DNA of 64,000 bases from Candidatus Adlerbacteria bacterium (GCA_903851045.1 CAINNF010000015.1:96644-160643); one strand, 5' to 3'; positions 20,450 through 29,895 are shown, counted from the first letter of the stretch. A program made the numbers and translations. The notes: generated by a model from the letters alone, not told the origin.

Positions 20450-20911
20450 ATGAGCGGGACGAGAGACAGTTGCACGTGCGCACGATGCCAAGCGCAGTGT
20501 GCGCACAAGCCGGGGTGGCTCATACCCCGAGACGTCGACCGGATAGCCGCATACCTAGGGCTCTCGGTCGAACAACTTTTTTCGTGTCTTCTGGTGGTGG
20601 ATGTCTGGTCAGGGAGACGTCGTGACATCTACACACTCTCCCCCGCCATCGAACATATCGAAGCCGGTGGGGTGCTTGAAGTTTCTGCGTATACGGGGCG
20701 ATGCGTCTTTCTCGTGAATGGGCTTTGCAGTATTCACGAAGTAAAACCGTATGAATGCAGAAGAGCCTTCCACGAAAAAGACGGGCGTAACGCCCACGCC
20801 GTCGCCATGCTCGCATGGAGCAGTCGACGACATCAGACCACGATTCATGACCTACTTGATGAGATTCACGCACTCAGACGCCCATCCCCGTTCAAAGGAG
20901 AAGTCCTCTAA
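20450..20911 (+). CDS. YkgJ-family cysteine-cluster protein
   Basis: CxCxxCxxxC, CVFL..GLCSIHEVKPYECR. Confidence 0.85.
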   Translation: MSGTRDSCTCARCQAQCAHKPGWLIPRDVDRIAAYLGLSVEQLFSCLLVVDVWSGRRRDIYTLSPAIEHIEAGGVLEVSAYTGRCVFLVNGLCSIHEVKPYECRRAFHEKDGRNAHAVAMLAWSSRRHQTTIHDLLDEIHALRRPSPFKGEVL

Positions 20912-21013
20912 TAAGCCGCCCCGCAGTGGGCGGCATTTTCATGTCACATGGAGGGTATCGTTTTTACGCAAGCATTTTTGGAATATGCTTTTATTGCATA
21001 ATGCTTTCACCCC

Positions 21014-21048
21014 TCCCGCGAAACATCCCCCCGCAGCTCGATAGCTCC
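21014..21048. repeat. 35-bp direct repeat, copy A (downstream of purC-purE)
   Basis: TCCCGCGAAACATCCCCCCGCAGCTCGATAGCTCC; 34/35 identical to 22606-22640. Confidence 0.85.
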
Positions 21049-21092
21049 CTTCGGGTCGACTTCTACATACTATCAACGTAGACACAAGACGA

Positions 21093-21123
21093 AACGGCAC
21101 GACCCCAATGGGGTCGTGCCGTT
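21093..21123 (-). terminator. intrinsic terminator of purC-purE
   Basis: AACGGCACGACCCC-aat-GGGGTCGTGCCGTT. Confidence 0.8.
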
Positions 21124-21149
21124 GTTGTTTGGAGAACGATAGACAATAG

Positions 21150-22481
21150 TCAGTGAGCGCCCTCCAGCCGATCTTCCAGCTTCCCTGCCAGGAGGCTGTA
21201 GAAGAACGGATTGCGCGTGGCGAGAATCTGCAGAGCCGCCAAGAGTGCGTTCCCGGGACTGAGCACAGTGCTCACCGGGACGCCGCTCGGCATCCGCAAC
21301 GAAGACCAGACATCCTCAGAGAAACTGCCGACGGTTGCAGGAACCGTGATAACCGGAGCGACCGACGCAGCCGACAACAGAGGCCCGGCAGCGTTGCTCA
21401 TGCCGACGTACGCGATAACCACCGAGCTTGGCACCTCTTGGAGCATCCGCCGAAGGGTCGCGAGCGCCCGCTCCGGTTCCTTGTGGGCGGAGCAAGTTAC
21501 GATCGGCATAACGAAGTTCTGAGGCAACAATGCACCAAGCGCTTCACACGCCCTATGGAACACCTCAACATCGTCCGACTCCGACCCACGCCACAGAATG
21601 ATCCTCTGGCGAGGAAGGTGGAATCGGTCGGTGAGTTCGGCAACCAGCCGATACTTGGCGAGCACGTCATCAAGTGCACCACCATCGCGGTAAGCTTGCT
21701 TGTCGATGTACGCGCCGTTATCGAGAACGCGCCATGAATCATTATCGATGACGTCGGCAAGAAGCAAAGCGCCGCCCGAAGTAAGACCGAACTCCACCTT
21801 AAAGTCGACGAGAGTGCGGCCTTCAAGTTGCCACGCTTTCTCCAACACGAGGAATGCCTGACGAGCAATGCGAGCCATCTTGTCGAAGAGCGCAGCTTCG
21901 TTATCGACAGTAAAGACTTCCGCGTCGCTGAGCACGAGGAACGGCTTCGCGCCATGGATCGGCTTCGCGGGGTCGTACAGGCAGATCCTCGGCTCGTCGG
22001 CGTTTGGATCATAGATCATGAGCGGATCGTCGCACGGCAATGCACATTCGCCCCAACGCTTACCGTTCGTCTTAAGATAGAACTCGACGACAAGTCGCGG
22101 GAAGAGGTGACCCTTGGAGATGTGCGGATGTCGCTTAAGAAAGGACCCGTGCGCCTCGCGCCGGACCACCACTTCGTACGGGAGCATGTCGCAAAGGTGT
22201 GCGACGAACGACGTTGGGTCGCGCTGAAGTATGTACGCGACCGGAAGGCCGCACGCACTCAACAGTCGAAATACGTTGGAGGTCGTTCGAGTCGCGAGCG
22301 CCGCCTTGCCCGACAGGATGTCGTGCTTAGCACCATCACCCGCAGTGATATCGTCTTTTGCGGCGAGGACTCCTAGACCAGGCCGTCCTTTGACCGCAAA
22401 AACTCGCTTGGTCTTACCTTCGGCGAGCAGCTCGCCGTTCGGATAGGCGAAGATGAGATCATCGGCTGTCTGATTATTCAT
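21150..22481 (-). CDS. purC: bifunctional SAICAR synthetase / AIR carboxylase (PurC-PurE fusion, PAICS-like)
   Basis: EGKTK, KDDITAGDG, LVDFKVEFG, LADVIDNDSWR, DKQ; C-terminal GSESD, SAHK, GMSN, DVWSSLRMPSG. Confidence 0.93.
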   Translation of the reverse strand: MNNQTADDLIFAYPNGELLAEGKTKRVFAVKGRPGLGVLAAKDDITAGDGAKHDILSGKAALATRTTSNVFRLLSACGLPVAYILQRDPTSFVAHLCDMLPYEVVVRREAHGSFLKRHPHISKGHLFPRLVVEFYLKTNGKRWGECALPCDDPLMIYDPNADEPRICLYDPAKPIHGAKPFLVLSDAEVFTVDNEAALFDKMARIARQAFLVLEKAWQLEGRTLVDFKVEFGLTSGGALLLADVIDNDSWRVLDNGAYIDKQAYRDGGALDDVLAKYRLVAELTDRFHLPRQRIILWRGSESDDVEVFHRACEALGALLPQNFVMPIVTCSAHKEPERALATLRRMLQEVPSSVVIAYVGMSNAAGPLLSAASVAPVITVPATVGSFSEDVWSSLRMPSGVPVSTVLSPGNALLAALQILATRNPFFYSLLAGKLEDRLEGAH

Positions 22482-22605
22482 CACCATTCCCCTTTCGTGG
22501 GATATGTGGTTGATCGAAAGAAACAAGTCCAAAAATACCCTACTCGAAAAACAGAGGCTTCGCAACAACACTAAAGGCGCTCACCAAATAGTTGCACCTT
22601 AACCT

Positions 22606-22640
22606 TCCCGCGAAACATCTCCCCGCAGCTCGATAGCTCC
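22606..22640. repeat. 35-bp direct repeat, copy B (upstream of purC-purE)
   Basis: TCCCGCGAAACATCTCCCCGCAGCTCGATAGCTCC. Confidence 0.85.
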
Positions 22641-22736
22641 GTTCTTGGCCTGGCATACATGGTCGTCGCAGGTGTCTTTACATACAATAATAAATATGTT
22701 ACATAAGTACTGGCAACCTGTTCTGGGAGAACAACC

Positions 22737-23357
22737 ATGCGTTTTGTGTTCGGTACGCGTTTTGCGTTGTGGATCGTTGTGTGGGCAGCGATCACCATCA
22801 CCTTGACCACTTGGGTTACCGCTTTGCTTATCGCGTGGGGTTTGGACGATACTCAGTCTGTCCTCGACCCGAGTGCGCACCTGTACGTCCTGCGCCAGTT
22901 TGTCTGGTGTATGGAGCTGTTCGCCTATGGCTCAATGGGGTGGAATGCGCTCGCAGGCGGTTACCTGATGCTCATGGTGCTTGGCATGCTGCTGGTTGGC
23001 GACCTTGGCATTCAGTTCGGGCTCTTCAAGAATGAGCTCGGCGAGATCGACAAGGTGCAAAACCGCGTTCTGCACTACTGCACCGTTCTCTTCCTCATCC
23101 AGGCCTACATCGGCGTCGGGAGCTGGATGATTCTGTACTTCATCAGCGAGCCCAGCGCTCACCTGGCGTCGATGACCCTGATTGAGGGCTCGAGGAGGCT
23201 GTTGTTTACGATTGGTGCACCCGTCCTCGTGATCATGAGCGGTCTGTACATGATGGATTTCCTGGGCAAGCAGTACATCATCGGCACCGCACCCCCGCGC
23301 TGGCTCCCCTCCCCCGAGCTTCGCGCCCGCATGCGCCGCTTCGGCCTGGGGCAGTAA
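22737..23357 (+). CDS. hypothetical multi-pass membrane protein
   Basis: About 4 hydrophobic helices, GGAG SD, downstream terminator. Confidence 0.7.
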   Translation: MRFVFGTRFALWIVVWAAITITLTTWVTALLIAWGLDDTQSVLDPSAHLYVLRQFVWCMELFAYGSMGWNALAGGYLMLMVLGMLLVGDLGIQFGLFKNELGEIDKVQNRVLHYCTVLFLIQAYIGVGSWMILYFISEPSAHLASMTLIEGSRRLLFTIGAPVLVIMSGLYMMDFLGKQYIIGTAPPRWLPSPELRARMRRFGLGQ

Positions 23358-23469
23358 TCCCAACCCCCGCCTCGTGCAAAGACTCGACACAAAGTCCTTG
23401 CACCAGCGGGGACTTTTTTATATGAAGTTCGTTCAACTAACGCAGTCAGACTACGTTAGTTCCAAGAAG

Positions 23470-25248
23470 CTAGAGCGTTTCGATAATTTTTGAAAGTAGC
23501 TGAGTTATACGCACTTTTGTTGTGTCAGAAAAATTACTCAATTTTATTTTCTCTTCATTGACTCCTATCATAAAATCTCTAGCGACAATAACTTTAGATA
23601 GCTTTGCAGCTTTCATAAACTCAGAATTTGTCGTAGCCTCATGGTTAGCATTATTTGATTTGAGGACAACATGATTAAACTCATCTCGAGAAAAAAGATC
23701 TTCAATTCCTTGGCAACCGTCGATCTTTATAAGTTTTTTCTCCTCACAGACCATGGAATCCTTTAGCTCTTTAAGAACTTTTCGTCCATGAGGTTCATCA
23801 TCAAGCACAATTGAAAAACTAAGCCCCCAACCGAGCATGAGATTTGCCAACAAAGGGAGATTCGCGCATCCGGTAGCTGGCAAAAAATTGACAGTCTCAC
23901 TTTTTGAACAAAGTTTCCAAAAAGCTTTAAAATAAAAAAACGCTGATATCTCTTCCAACAAAACATTATTACTTCTAGAAATCACAGTCTGATGAGATAC
24001 GTCTATCCCCATGTTTGTGTAGAGAGGCATCAAAGTGTCCATAGAGGCGCTTCCGAGGTCTTGAAAAGGAATAATTCTTGTCTCACTTTTTTCATCCTCA
24101 GTATCTGTTCGCTCAATTGCCAAGATACGATAGACCTTATCCATATCCAGCAAATACGGAGAATGGGTCGTGAAAATTATTTGAAGATTTTTCCTTTGCT
24201 TCTCAAACACCCTAAGGATATCCTCCTGCGCTTTGGCGTGTAGATTAGCTCCCGGTTCGTCTATCAAGAAAACCCTGCCTCCCCCTCTCCTCGCAGAAGC
24301 CTCAAGTTTTAAATAAAACGAAATAAACCATTTAACCCCCTTGCTTCGCTGGGCTGGAGACTGGCGCCCATTCTTATCCCTAATCCAAAATATAAGGTAT
24401 GGTTGTCCGGGTTTACCTAACTCTGAACTCTTGTGGTATTTTAACTCCAAGACGATCTCTATTTTGTCTTTCTTCCCAACCGTCTGGTGCCAATATTTTT
24501 GCAATTCAACATTTACCTTTTTACTTTGCACTTCGAGAAAGTCATCAATGAGGCGGACACTCGAAGGATTCAATAGATCCTCTATCTTTACGTCAGCTAT
24601 ATATAGAAAATTCTTTGCACCCTCATAGCCTAGAGCTTTTGTGTTTTTCTTCACTAAATCATCGAGATCAATTGTGGGAGGGAGTAAGCTGTCTTCTTTA
24701 AATATGTCTATACTTGGCAAACTATTAAATAATTCATCCACAAAATCACTTTCCTTTATTAAAACAAGTCTTTCGACTCGCTCAGAGATTTCTTCTAGAC
24801 TTTGGGTGGTGGTGTTATTTCCAACCTGGCTCTTTTCAGCCTCGGCAAAATTCTGCCACACACCTCTTAACTCTTCGTTCTCTAGAACCAACTCACCACC
24901 CTCGTAGTTGCCTGACTCCCATACCCTTTTCAAAGCAATACACTTTCCAATTTTCTCAAAGACTTTTTTGAAATTTTTAGGTAATTCTTTACCTTCAGAT
25001 AAACACTCTTGGAGTTCTTCGAGACTATCGAACTTAAAAATACAGGTAACTTCTGGCATTAAACCAGTGCTCCGAATATCATCTTGGTATACGTCCCCGG
25101 TTTCAAAGGCATGGATACCATCCAATACCGAAGATTTTCCTGACTCGTTTTGTCCAACAATAAGCGAAATCCCATCTGGTGACAAATCCTGAAATCCAGT
25201 ATCAATAATTGATCGAAAGTTTTGAATCCTGAATGCTTGTAATCGCAT
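23470..25248 (-). CDS. OLD-family-like ATP-dependent nuclease (ABC ATPase + TOPRIM)
   Basis: IQNFRSI, Walker A GQNESGKS, SKG signature, LIDEP, TTHSPY; TOPRIM-like LLEE..LDDEPHG, IEDLF; visibly AT-rich. Confidence 0.88.
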   Translation of the reverse strand: MRLQAFRIQNFRSIIDTGFQDLSPDGISLIVGQNESGKSSVLDGIHAFETGDVYQDDIRSTGLMPEVTCIFKFDSLEELQECLSEGKELPKNFKKVFEKIGKCIALKRVWESGNYEGGELVLENEELRGVWQNFAEAEKSQVGNNTTTQSLEEISERVERLVLIKESDFVDELFNSLPSIDIFKEDSLLPPTIDLDDLVKKNTKALGYEGAKNFLYIADVKIEDLLNPSSVRLIDDFLEVQSKKVNVELQKYWHQTVGKKDKIEIVLELKYHKSSELGKPGQPYLIFWIRDKNGRQSPAQRSKGVKWFISFYLKLEASARRGGGRVFLIDEPGANLHAKAQEDILRVFEKQRKNLQIIFTTHSPYLLDMDKVYRILAIERTDTEDEKSETRIIPFQDLGSASMDTLMPLYTNMGIDVSHQTVISRSNNVLLEEISAFFYFKAFWKLCSKSETVNFLPATGCANLPLLANLMLGWGLSFSIVLDDEPHGRKVLKELKDSMVCEEKKLIKIDGCQGIEDLFSRDEFNHVVLKSNNANHEATTNSEFMKAAKLSKVIVARDFMIGVNEEKIKLSNFSDTTKVRITQLLSKIIETL

Positions 25249-25298
25249 AATGGTACAAATCTACCACATTCCTTTAAATAAAATAGCAACAAGACATA

Positions 25299-25964
25299 TT
25301 ACTTCGGATTTTTGATGAGCCCGACCACTTTGCCGCTGATGGAGAAGTCATCGTCTTCGTGGATATAAATGGGCTCGTAGTCGAGGGAGGACTCGGCTTT
25401 GAGGACTATTTGGTCGTTTTCTTTTCGGTCGTCTATGTAGCGCTTGATGGTGGCTTTGTTGTCGACCAAGGCTAGGACTATGTCGCCGGTTGAGGCAGTG
25501 CGGCTTTCGCTGTCGACTATGACATAGTCGCCGTCGTCGATGCACTTCTCGCCCACCTTCGCGCGGTTCATGGAGAGGCCGTCGGTTTTGATGGCGTAGA
25601 GGCCGCGCGGGCGGGAGCGGCCGACGAGGCGGCTGGAGACGCGGAGGAAGCCTTGGAAGTTCGCCTCCGCGAAGATAGTCGCGGGGCCGCAGTTGGCGGT
25701 GCCTATGACGGGGATAGAGAACATGCTCGTTTTGTTTTCAAGCAAGCCCTTGGACCATGTCGGCGTCGTGGCGGCGCGGGTCATCACGCCTTTGGCGCGG
25801 TCGAGCGTGACGAAGCCTTTTTTCTCGAGCTGGAGAAGGTGGTGTTTGATCTTCTGCGGAGCCTCCTGGGGGGCGCCTATGAGCCGCGCGACATCACGAA
25901 GCGAGAGCTTCGCTAAATTTTCGCTACGGGAGAGCTCGAGTATTTTCTCTTGGATCTCGTGCAT
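25299..25964 (-). CDS. LexA/S24-family repressor-peptidase
   Basis: N-terminal wHTH; ANCG cleavage site; catalytic Ser (GLSMN) and Lys (ATIKRY); ISGKVVG. Confidence 0.9.
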   Translation of the reverse strand: MHEIQEKILELSRSENLAKLSLRDVARLIGAPQEAPQKIKHHLLQLEKKGFVTLDRAKGVMTRAATTPTWSKGLLENKTSMFSIPVIGTANCGPATIFAEANFQGFLRVSSRLVGRSRPRGLYAIKTDGLSMNRAKVGEKCIDDGDYVIVDSESRTASTGDIVLALVDNKATIKRYIDDRKENDQIVLKAESSLDYEPIYIHEDDDFSISGKVVGLIKNPK

Positions 25965-26108
25965 ACAAAGAAGTGTACCACAGCGAAGTTATACAGCAAG
26001 TACTGTACATACGACTTGACGTTCTTTACACCCTTGCTACGATTAAAGAGTTCTCGGGACCATTAGTCTCCTCGCGAGAAGTCGAGTCGCGAGCGCGAGG
26101 ACCAACAC

Positions 26109-26261
26109 ATGACACGCATGCCATCGAGCAAGCGAGGGGCGAAGGGCACACCCCACCACGTGGTGACCGGCAGGCCAACCACCGCACAGTACGCAGCGCT
26201 CCACCCGGAGAAGGTGCAGTGGGTGAAGCAGGCACGGCAAGGGGCCGGGGCGTTAGACTAG
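26109..26261 (+). CDS. 50-aa small protein divergent from the LexA-like gene
   Basis: GAGG SD; TTGACG..TACGAT promoter at 26016-26043; MTRMPSSKRGAKGTPHHVVTGRPTTAQYAALHPEKVQWVK... Confidence 0.45.
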   Translation: MTRMPSSKRGAKGTPHHVVTGRPTTAQYAALHPEKVQWVKQARQGAGALD

Positions 26262-26416
26262 GTGCACCGGTGCAAGAGCGAAAAGAAAAGTACACGAGAG
26301 GGACCCGCGCGAGGAGGTGAACACTCACCTATTCACGCGGGTTTTCTATATATCACTGACAGGTGGACAAAGGAAAAGCCCATGCCGATGCATGGGCCAA
26401 GGGGTCATAGAAAGGT

Positions 26417-27286
26417 CTAGACCACGCCGACGACAGGCGCGTCGTTGTAGTGAACGACGAGGATGTCGTGGGTCGTTTCGTAGTTGTCGATGGTGATCGG
26501 CGGCTCGAACCGCTCCCACCCACCATCGACGGTCGGCCGACAGAAGATGTAGCCGAGCTTCCGGCTGATGCCGATGATAGGCATCAGGTCCCACGGGGTC
26601 TGCCACCCAGGTCGCAGGATCGCGGCGGCGACTTCACGCTTCCACAGTCGAGCCATCCAGATGCCGATGCTGCCGCCGTCGACCAGGTGCGACTTGAAGA
26701 CTGTTTCGACCAGTCGTCGAGACGCCGCGTCGTACGTGTTGACAGGGTCTCGCAGTAGGACGTAGGCGTCACCCGGCTCCAGCGGCTTGTAGTAGGTGAG
26801 CTTCTCGAACAGGTCGAGCTGCGTTATGCGGTGCACGTGGTCGGAGCCCGGCCGATAGCCGTACACCTCTTCGGTGTTGATGTCGCCGATGTACGCACAG
26901 ACGACCTCCTCATCGATCACCAGCGCGACCATCGTCCCGACACCATGCGACTGACGACGGATGTACGCTTTGGTGCCATCCAACGGGTCGACTATCAGGT
27001 AGGCACGACAACCGTTCTTGGGAGGTATGCGAAGATCCTCTTCGCCGATCACACCACAGTTCGGGAAGCACTCCAAGAACGTACGGAGGTACACCTCCTG
27101 TGCTTCGGTATCTATCGACGTGAACACGTCGATCGAGATACCGTCGTAGCCCGGTTTGGTGAGCACCTCCAGCGTCATCCGCCCGTTGCGGATACGAACC
27201 ATCGCGCGCCGGAGCGCCTCCTTGAGCACGCGACCAACCACATGGCCATTGATCTCGCCAAGGCCGAGAGCCAACCCCTGACCCAT
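26417..27286 (-). CDS. inositol monophosphatase family protein
   Basis: IGEE, VDPLDGT, PWD motifs. Confidence 0.88.
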   Translation of the reverse strand: MGQGLALGLGEINGHVVGRVLKEALRRAMVRIRNGRMTLEVLTKPGYDGISIDVFTSIDTEAQEVYLRTFLECFPNCGVIGEEDLRIPPKNGCRAYLIVDPLDGTKAYIRRQSHGVGTMVALVIDEEVVCAYIGDINTEEVYGYRPGSDHVHRITQLDLFEKLTYYKPLEPGDAYVLLRDPVNTYDAASRRLVETVFKSHLVDGGSIGIWMARLWKREVAAAILRPGWQTPWDLMPIIGISRKLGYIFCRPTVDGGWERFEPPITIDNYETTHDILVVHYNDAPVVGVV

Positions 27287-27377
27287 CTCTACATATCCTT
27301 TCTTGTACCGTTCGGTCTAATTCCAAAATACAAGAAATATAAAACATGTCAACACCCCGACGTTCATTCTCCCTATG

Positions 27378-27896
27378 TCATAAGGAGTGCATCGCCAGGT
27401 ACTCCTTGGCAGCTTGCAGGATGGCGATGTCTCGCGGGACGATGTAGGCGGCACCCTCGAGGTCGTCGGTGTGACCGCTCGCGATGGCGAGCTGCGCCTC
27501 ATCGAGCGACAGCCACTGGGGTTCGAACCCGCGTGCCATCTCGAGGTCGGTCAGGTCGTTCGCGCCCTTCTCGCCCTGTACCCGCGCGAGGTAGCAGTAT
27601 GAGATTTGTTTGAGCGAGAACATCTTTCGATATTCGACGATGGACCCAAGCTCGCCGATGATGTCGACGTCGCACCCGATCTCCTCTCGACACTCGCGCC
27701 CGAGCGCGACCTCTTTGGTCTCGCCCGCCTCGAGCCCGCCGCCGGGCAACTTGTAGTAGCCCCGGTTCGTGACATGCAACAAGGCGACATGTTTGCTGCT
27801 GTCGACCACGACCGCCCGCGCCGCCTCACGCACCGCAAAACCCGCGAGCTCCTCCTCGGTCACGTTCTCTGGATTCAATATCAATAGATGTTTCAT
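27378..27896 (-). CDS. NUDIX hydrolase
   Basis: Nudix box GGGLEAGET...RECREEIG. Confidence 0.93.
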   Translation of the reverse strand: MKHLLILNPENVTEEELAGFAVREAARAVVVDSSKHVALLHVTNRGYYKLPGGGLEAGETKEVALGRECREEIGCDVDIIGELGSIVEYRKMFSLKQISYCYLARVQGEKGANDLTDLEMARGFEPQWLSLDEAQLAIASGHTDDLEGAAYIVPRDIAILQAAKEYLAMHSL

Positions 27897-27986
27897 ACTA
27901 CGAGTATAGCAGTTCTGCACACGACCAATACAACGAAACATGCCGCCTCGTGGGCGGCATGTTTCGTTGTGGGGACGATCGTTCGC

Positions 27987-28187
27987 TTACGCGCGCGATA
28001 CGTTCACTGCTGCGGGACCCTTTTCTCCCTGCGTCACATCGAACGAGACGGTCTCGCCCTGCTGCAGGTCATCGAACTCGACACCATTGAGGTCTTTCGA
28101 ATGGAAGAAAAGATCCTTCACCTCGCCATCGCGAGAGATGAACCCAAACCCTCGATCCTTCACCAACGTCTTTATTTTTCCTGTCAT
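27987..28187 (-). CDS. cspA: cold-shock protein
   Basis: RNP1 RGFGFI, RNP2 LFFH, GEKGPAAVNV. Confidence 0.95.
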   Translation of the reverse strand: MTGKIKTLVKDRGFGFISRDGEVKDLFFHSKDLNGVEFDDLQQGETVSFDVTQGEKGPAAVNVSRA

Positions 28188-28392
28188 CTTGTTTATCTAC
28201 TACTATATGTGCTTTTGAGAAATCCGACCTCGTTTCTTTAGTCTCTGCGACCACTCCATGCTCTCAGACAATGGACATATTGTCCATAGCCCTGGGTGCG
28301 GGTCCCTGGGTGCGCCTTTAGAATTCCTCCGAACCGCCCGCCGCAAGACCGCGAAAGTCGATACCTGCCGGCCGCAAGAACCGGTCGCACAT
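28188..28392 (-). promoter_or_regulatory. long structured 5' leader (or ncRNA) upstream of the csp gene
   Basis: -10 TACAGT at 28399-28404; TGCGACC/GGTCGCA long-range complementarity; internal repeats and hairpins. Confidence 0.5.
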
Positions 28393-28487
28393 CTGCCTAC
28401 TGTAGCAAATAGCCCCTGAGATATAAAAATCCGCCCACCACAGCGCTCCGGTGATGGGCGGTAAGACAAACAGAACGTACTGATCCG

Positions 28488-28931
28488 TCAGGACACGAAA
28501 TAAGCGACCCGATCCTGGTAACACCGAAGTGTCAGAGCGGTCGACTCCATGAGCGGCTCGGGCAAGCTGCCAAGTGGGAACCATCTCCACTCGACACACT
28601 TCTCTGGCTCCATCACGCGAGGCTCACCCCCGTCGTAGCGACCCAAGAAGCTGATGTCGACGAAGTGCTTTCGGTCCGAGTCTATATACCGCAGCTCATC
28701 GCACACCGACACGAACGTGAACTTGACGACAACGAGACCCGTTTCCTCCTTGATCTCGCGCGCGACCGCCTGCTCAAGAGTCTCGCCGAACGCGACCGAA
28801 CCACCGGGTAGCGCCCATTCTCCCGCACCATGCGACCCCCGGCGCCGACCCAAGAGCACCTCGTCTCGCTCGTTGAGAAGTATGGCTCCGACCCCGACCC
28901 GTGGCTGCAACTCGACACCTGCCGTACGCAT
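28488..28931 (-). CDS. NUDIX hydrolase (MutT/NUDT15-like)
   Basis: PRVGVG, GSHGAGEWALPGG..REIKEETG, MEPEKCVEWRW. Confidence 0.93.
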   Translation of the reverse strand: MRTAGVELQPRVGVGAILLNERDEVLLGRRRGSHGAGEWALPGGSVAFGETLEQAVAREIKEETGLVVVKFTFVSVCDELRYIDSDRKHFVDISFLGRYDGGEPRVMEPEKCVEWRWFPLGSLPEPLMESTALTLRCYQDRVAYFVS

Positions 28932-29055
28932 CACCAAAACACTCCCTATACAATACAGAACACACCCAACCTACCACCACACCACATATTATTCAAATAC
29001 GCGGCCTGTCCGTATTTTTTGGTATCGGCATATGTAAGCTATACTGTTTGCATTC

Positions 29056-29895
29056 ATGTTGACCTACACCCAAGCCATACTGCTCGGACTGCTCCAGGGC
29101 GTGGCGGAGCTCTTCCCTATCTCGAGCCTGGGACATACGGTACTTATTCCGTCGCTGCTGCATTGGCAGATCGACCAGTCGAGTGCGGACTTCGTCGCGT
29201 TCGTCGTGCTCACCCACCTCGCCACCGCGCTCGTGCTGCTCGGATTCTTTTGGAGCGATTGGCTGAAGATCGTCGGCGGCATACTGCGCTCGCTGAGGGA
29301 CCGGGTCATCTCGGAGACGGACACCTACGCCAAACTTGGCTGGCTCATCGTCGTGAGCACGGTGCCGGTGGGCGTCCTTGGACTCTTGTTCGAGGAGAAG
29401 GTCGCGAAGCTCTTCGCCGAACCGAAGCTTGTCGCCGGAGCACTGCTACTCAACGGCATCGTGTTGTATGTCGCCGAGAGACTTCGGTCGCATGCATCCG
29501 ACGAGAAAGGCGACGCATCAATCGCACGACTTTCGTGGATGCAGGCAATAGGTATCGGGTGCGCCCAATGTCTCGCGCTCGTTCCTGGGTTCTCACGAAC
29601 CGGACTCACGATGACGGGCGGCCTGCTCACCCATCTGTCGCGCGAGAACGCCGCACGATACGCGTTCTTGCTCGCCACCCCGGTCATCTTCGCCGCAGCT
29701 GTGTTGAAGGTGCCCGACCTCTTTCTGAACGGCGGGGTCGCGCTCGACACCTCGCTCGTCGGCGCAGTGTGCGCTGCAATCGCAGCGTACCTCTCGGTGA
29801 AATTTCTAACACAGTATTTCCAACAAAAAACGCTCACCCCCTTCGCGGTGTACTGTGTACTCGCCGGAGGAGCGACACTGCTACTGTTGTGGTAA
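29056..29895 (+). CDS. uppP: undecaprenyl-diphosphate phosphatase (BacA)
   Basis: QGVAELFPISSLGH, PGFSRTG, AARYAFLLATP. Confidence 0.96.
   Translation: MLTYTQAILLGLLQGVAELFPISSLGHTVLIPSLLHWQIDQSSADFVAFVVLTHLATALVLLGFFWSDWLKIVGGILRSLRDRVISETDTYAKLGWLIVVSTVPVGVLGLLFEEKVAKLFAEPKLVAGALLLNGIVLYVAERLRSHASDEKGDASIARLSWMQAIGIGCAQCLALVPGFSRTGLTMTGGLLTHLSRENAARYAFLLATPVIFAAAVLKVPDLFLNGGVALDTSLVGAVCAAIAAYLSVKFLTQYFQQKTLTPFAVYCVLAGGATLLLLW

Noticed and set aside
22482-22680. Purine, ZTP or PRPP riboswitch upstream of purC-purE
   Set aside because: I could not match the consensus of these riboswitches by eye, and the conserved motif recurs downstream of the gene's terminator. An Rfam scan is needed to exclude it fully.
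23470-26330. Prophage (repressor plus divergent small gene)
   Set aside because: No integrase, replication, terminase or structural genes nearby.
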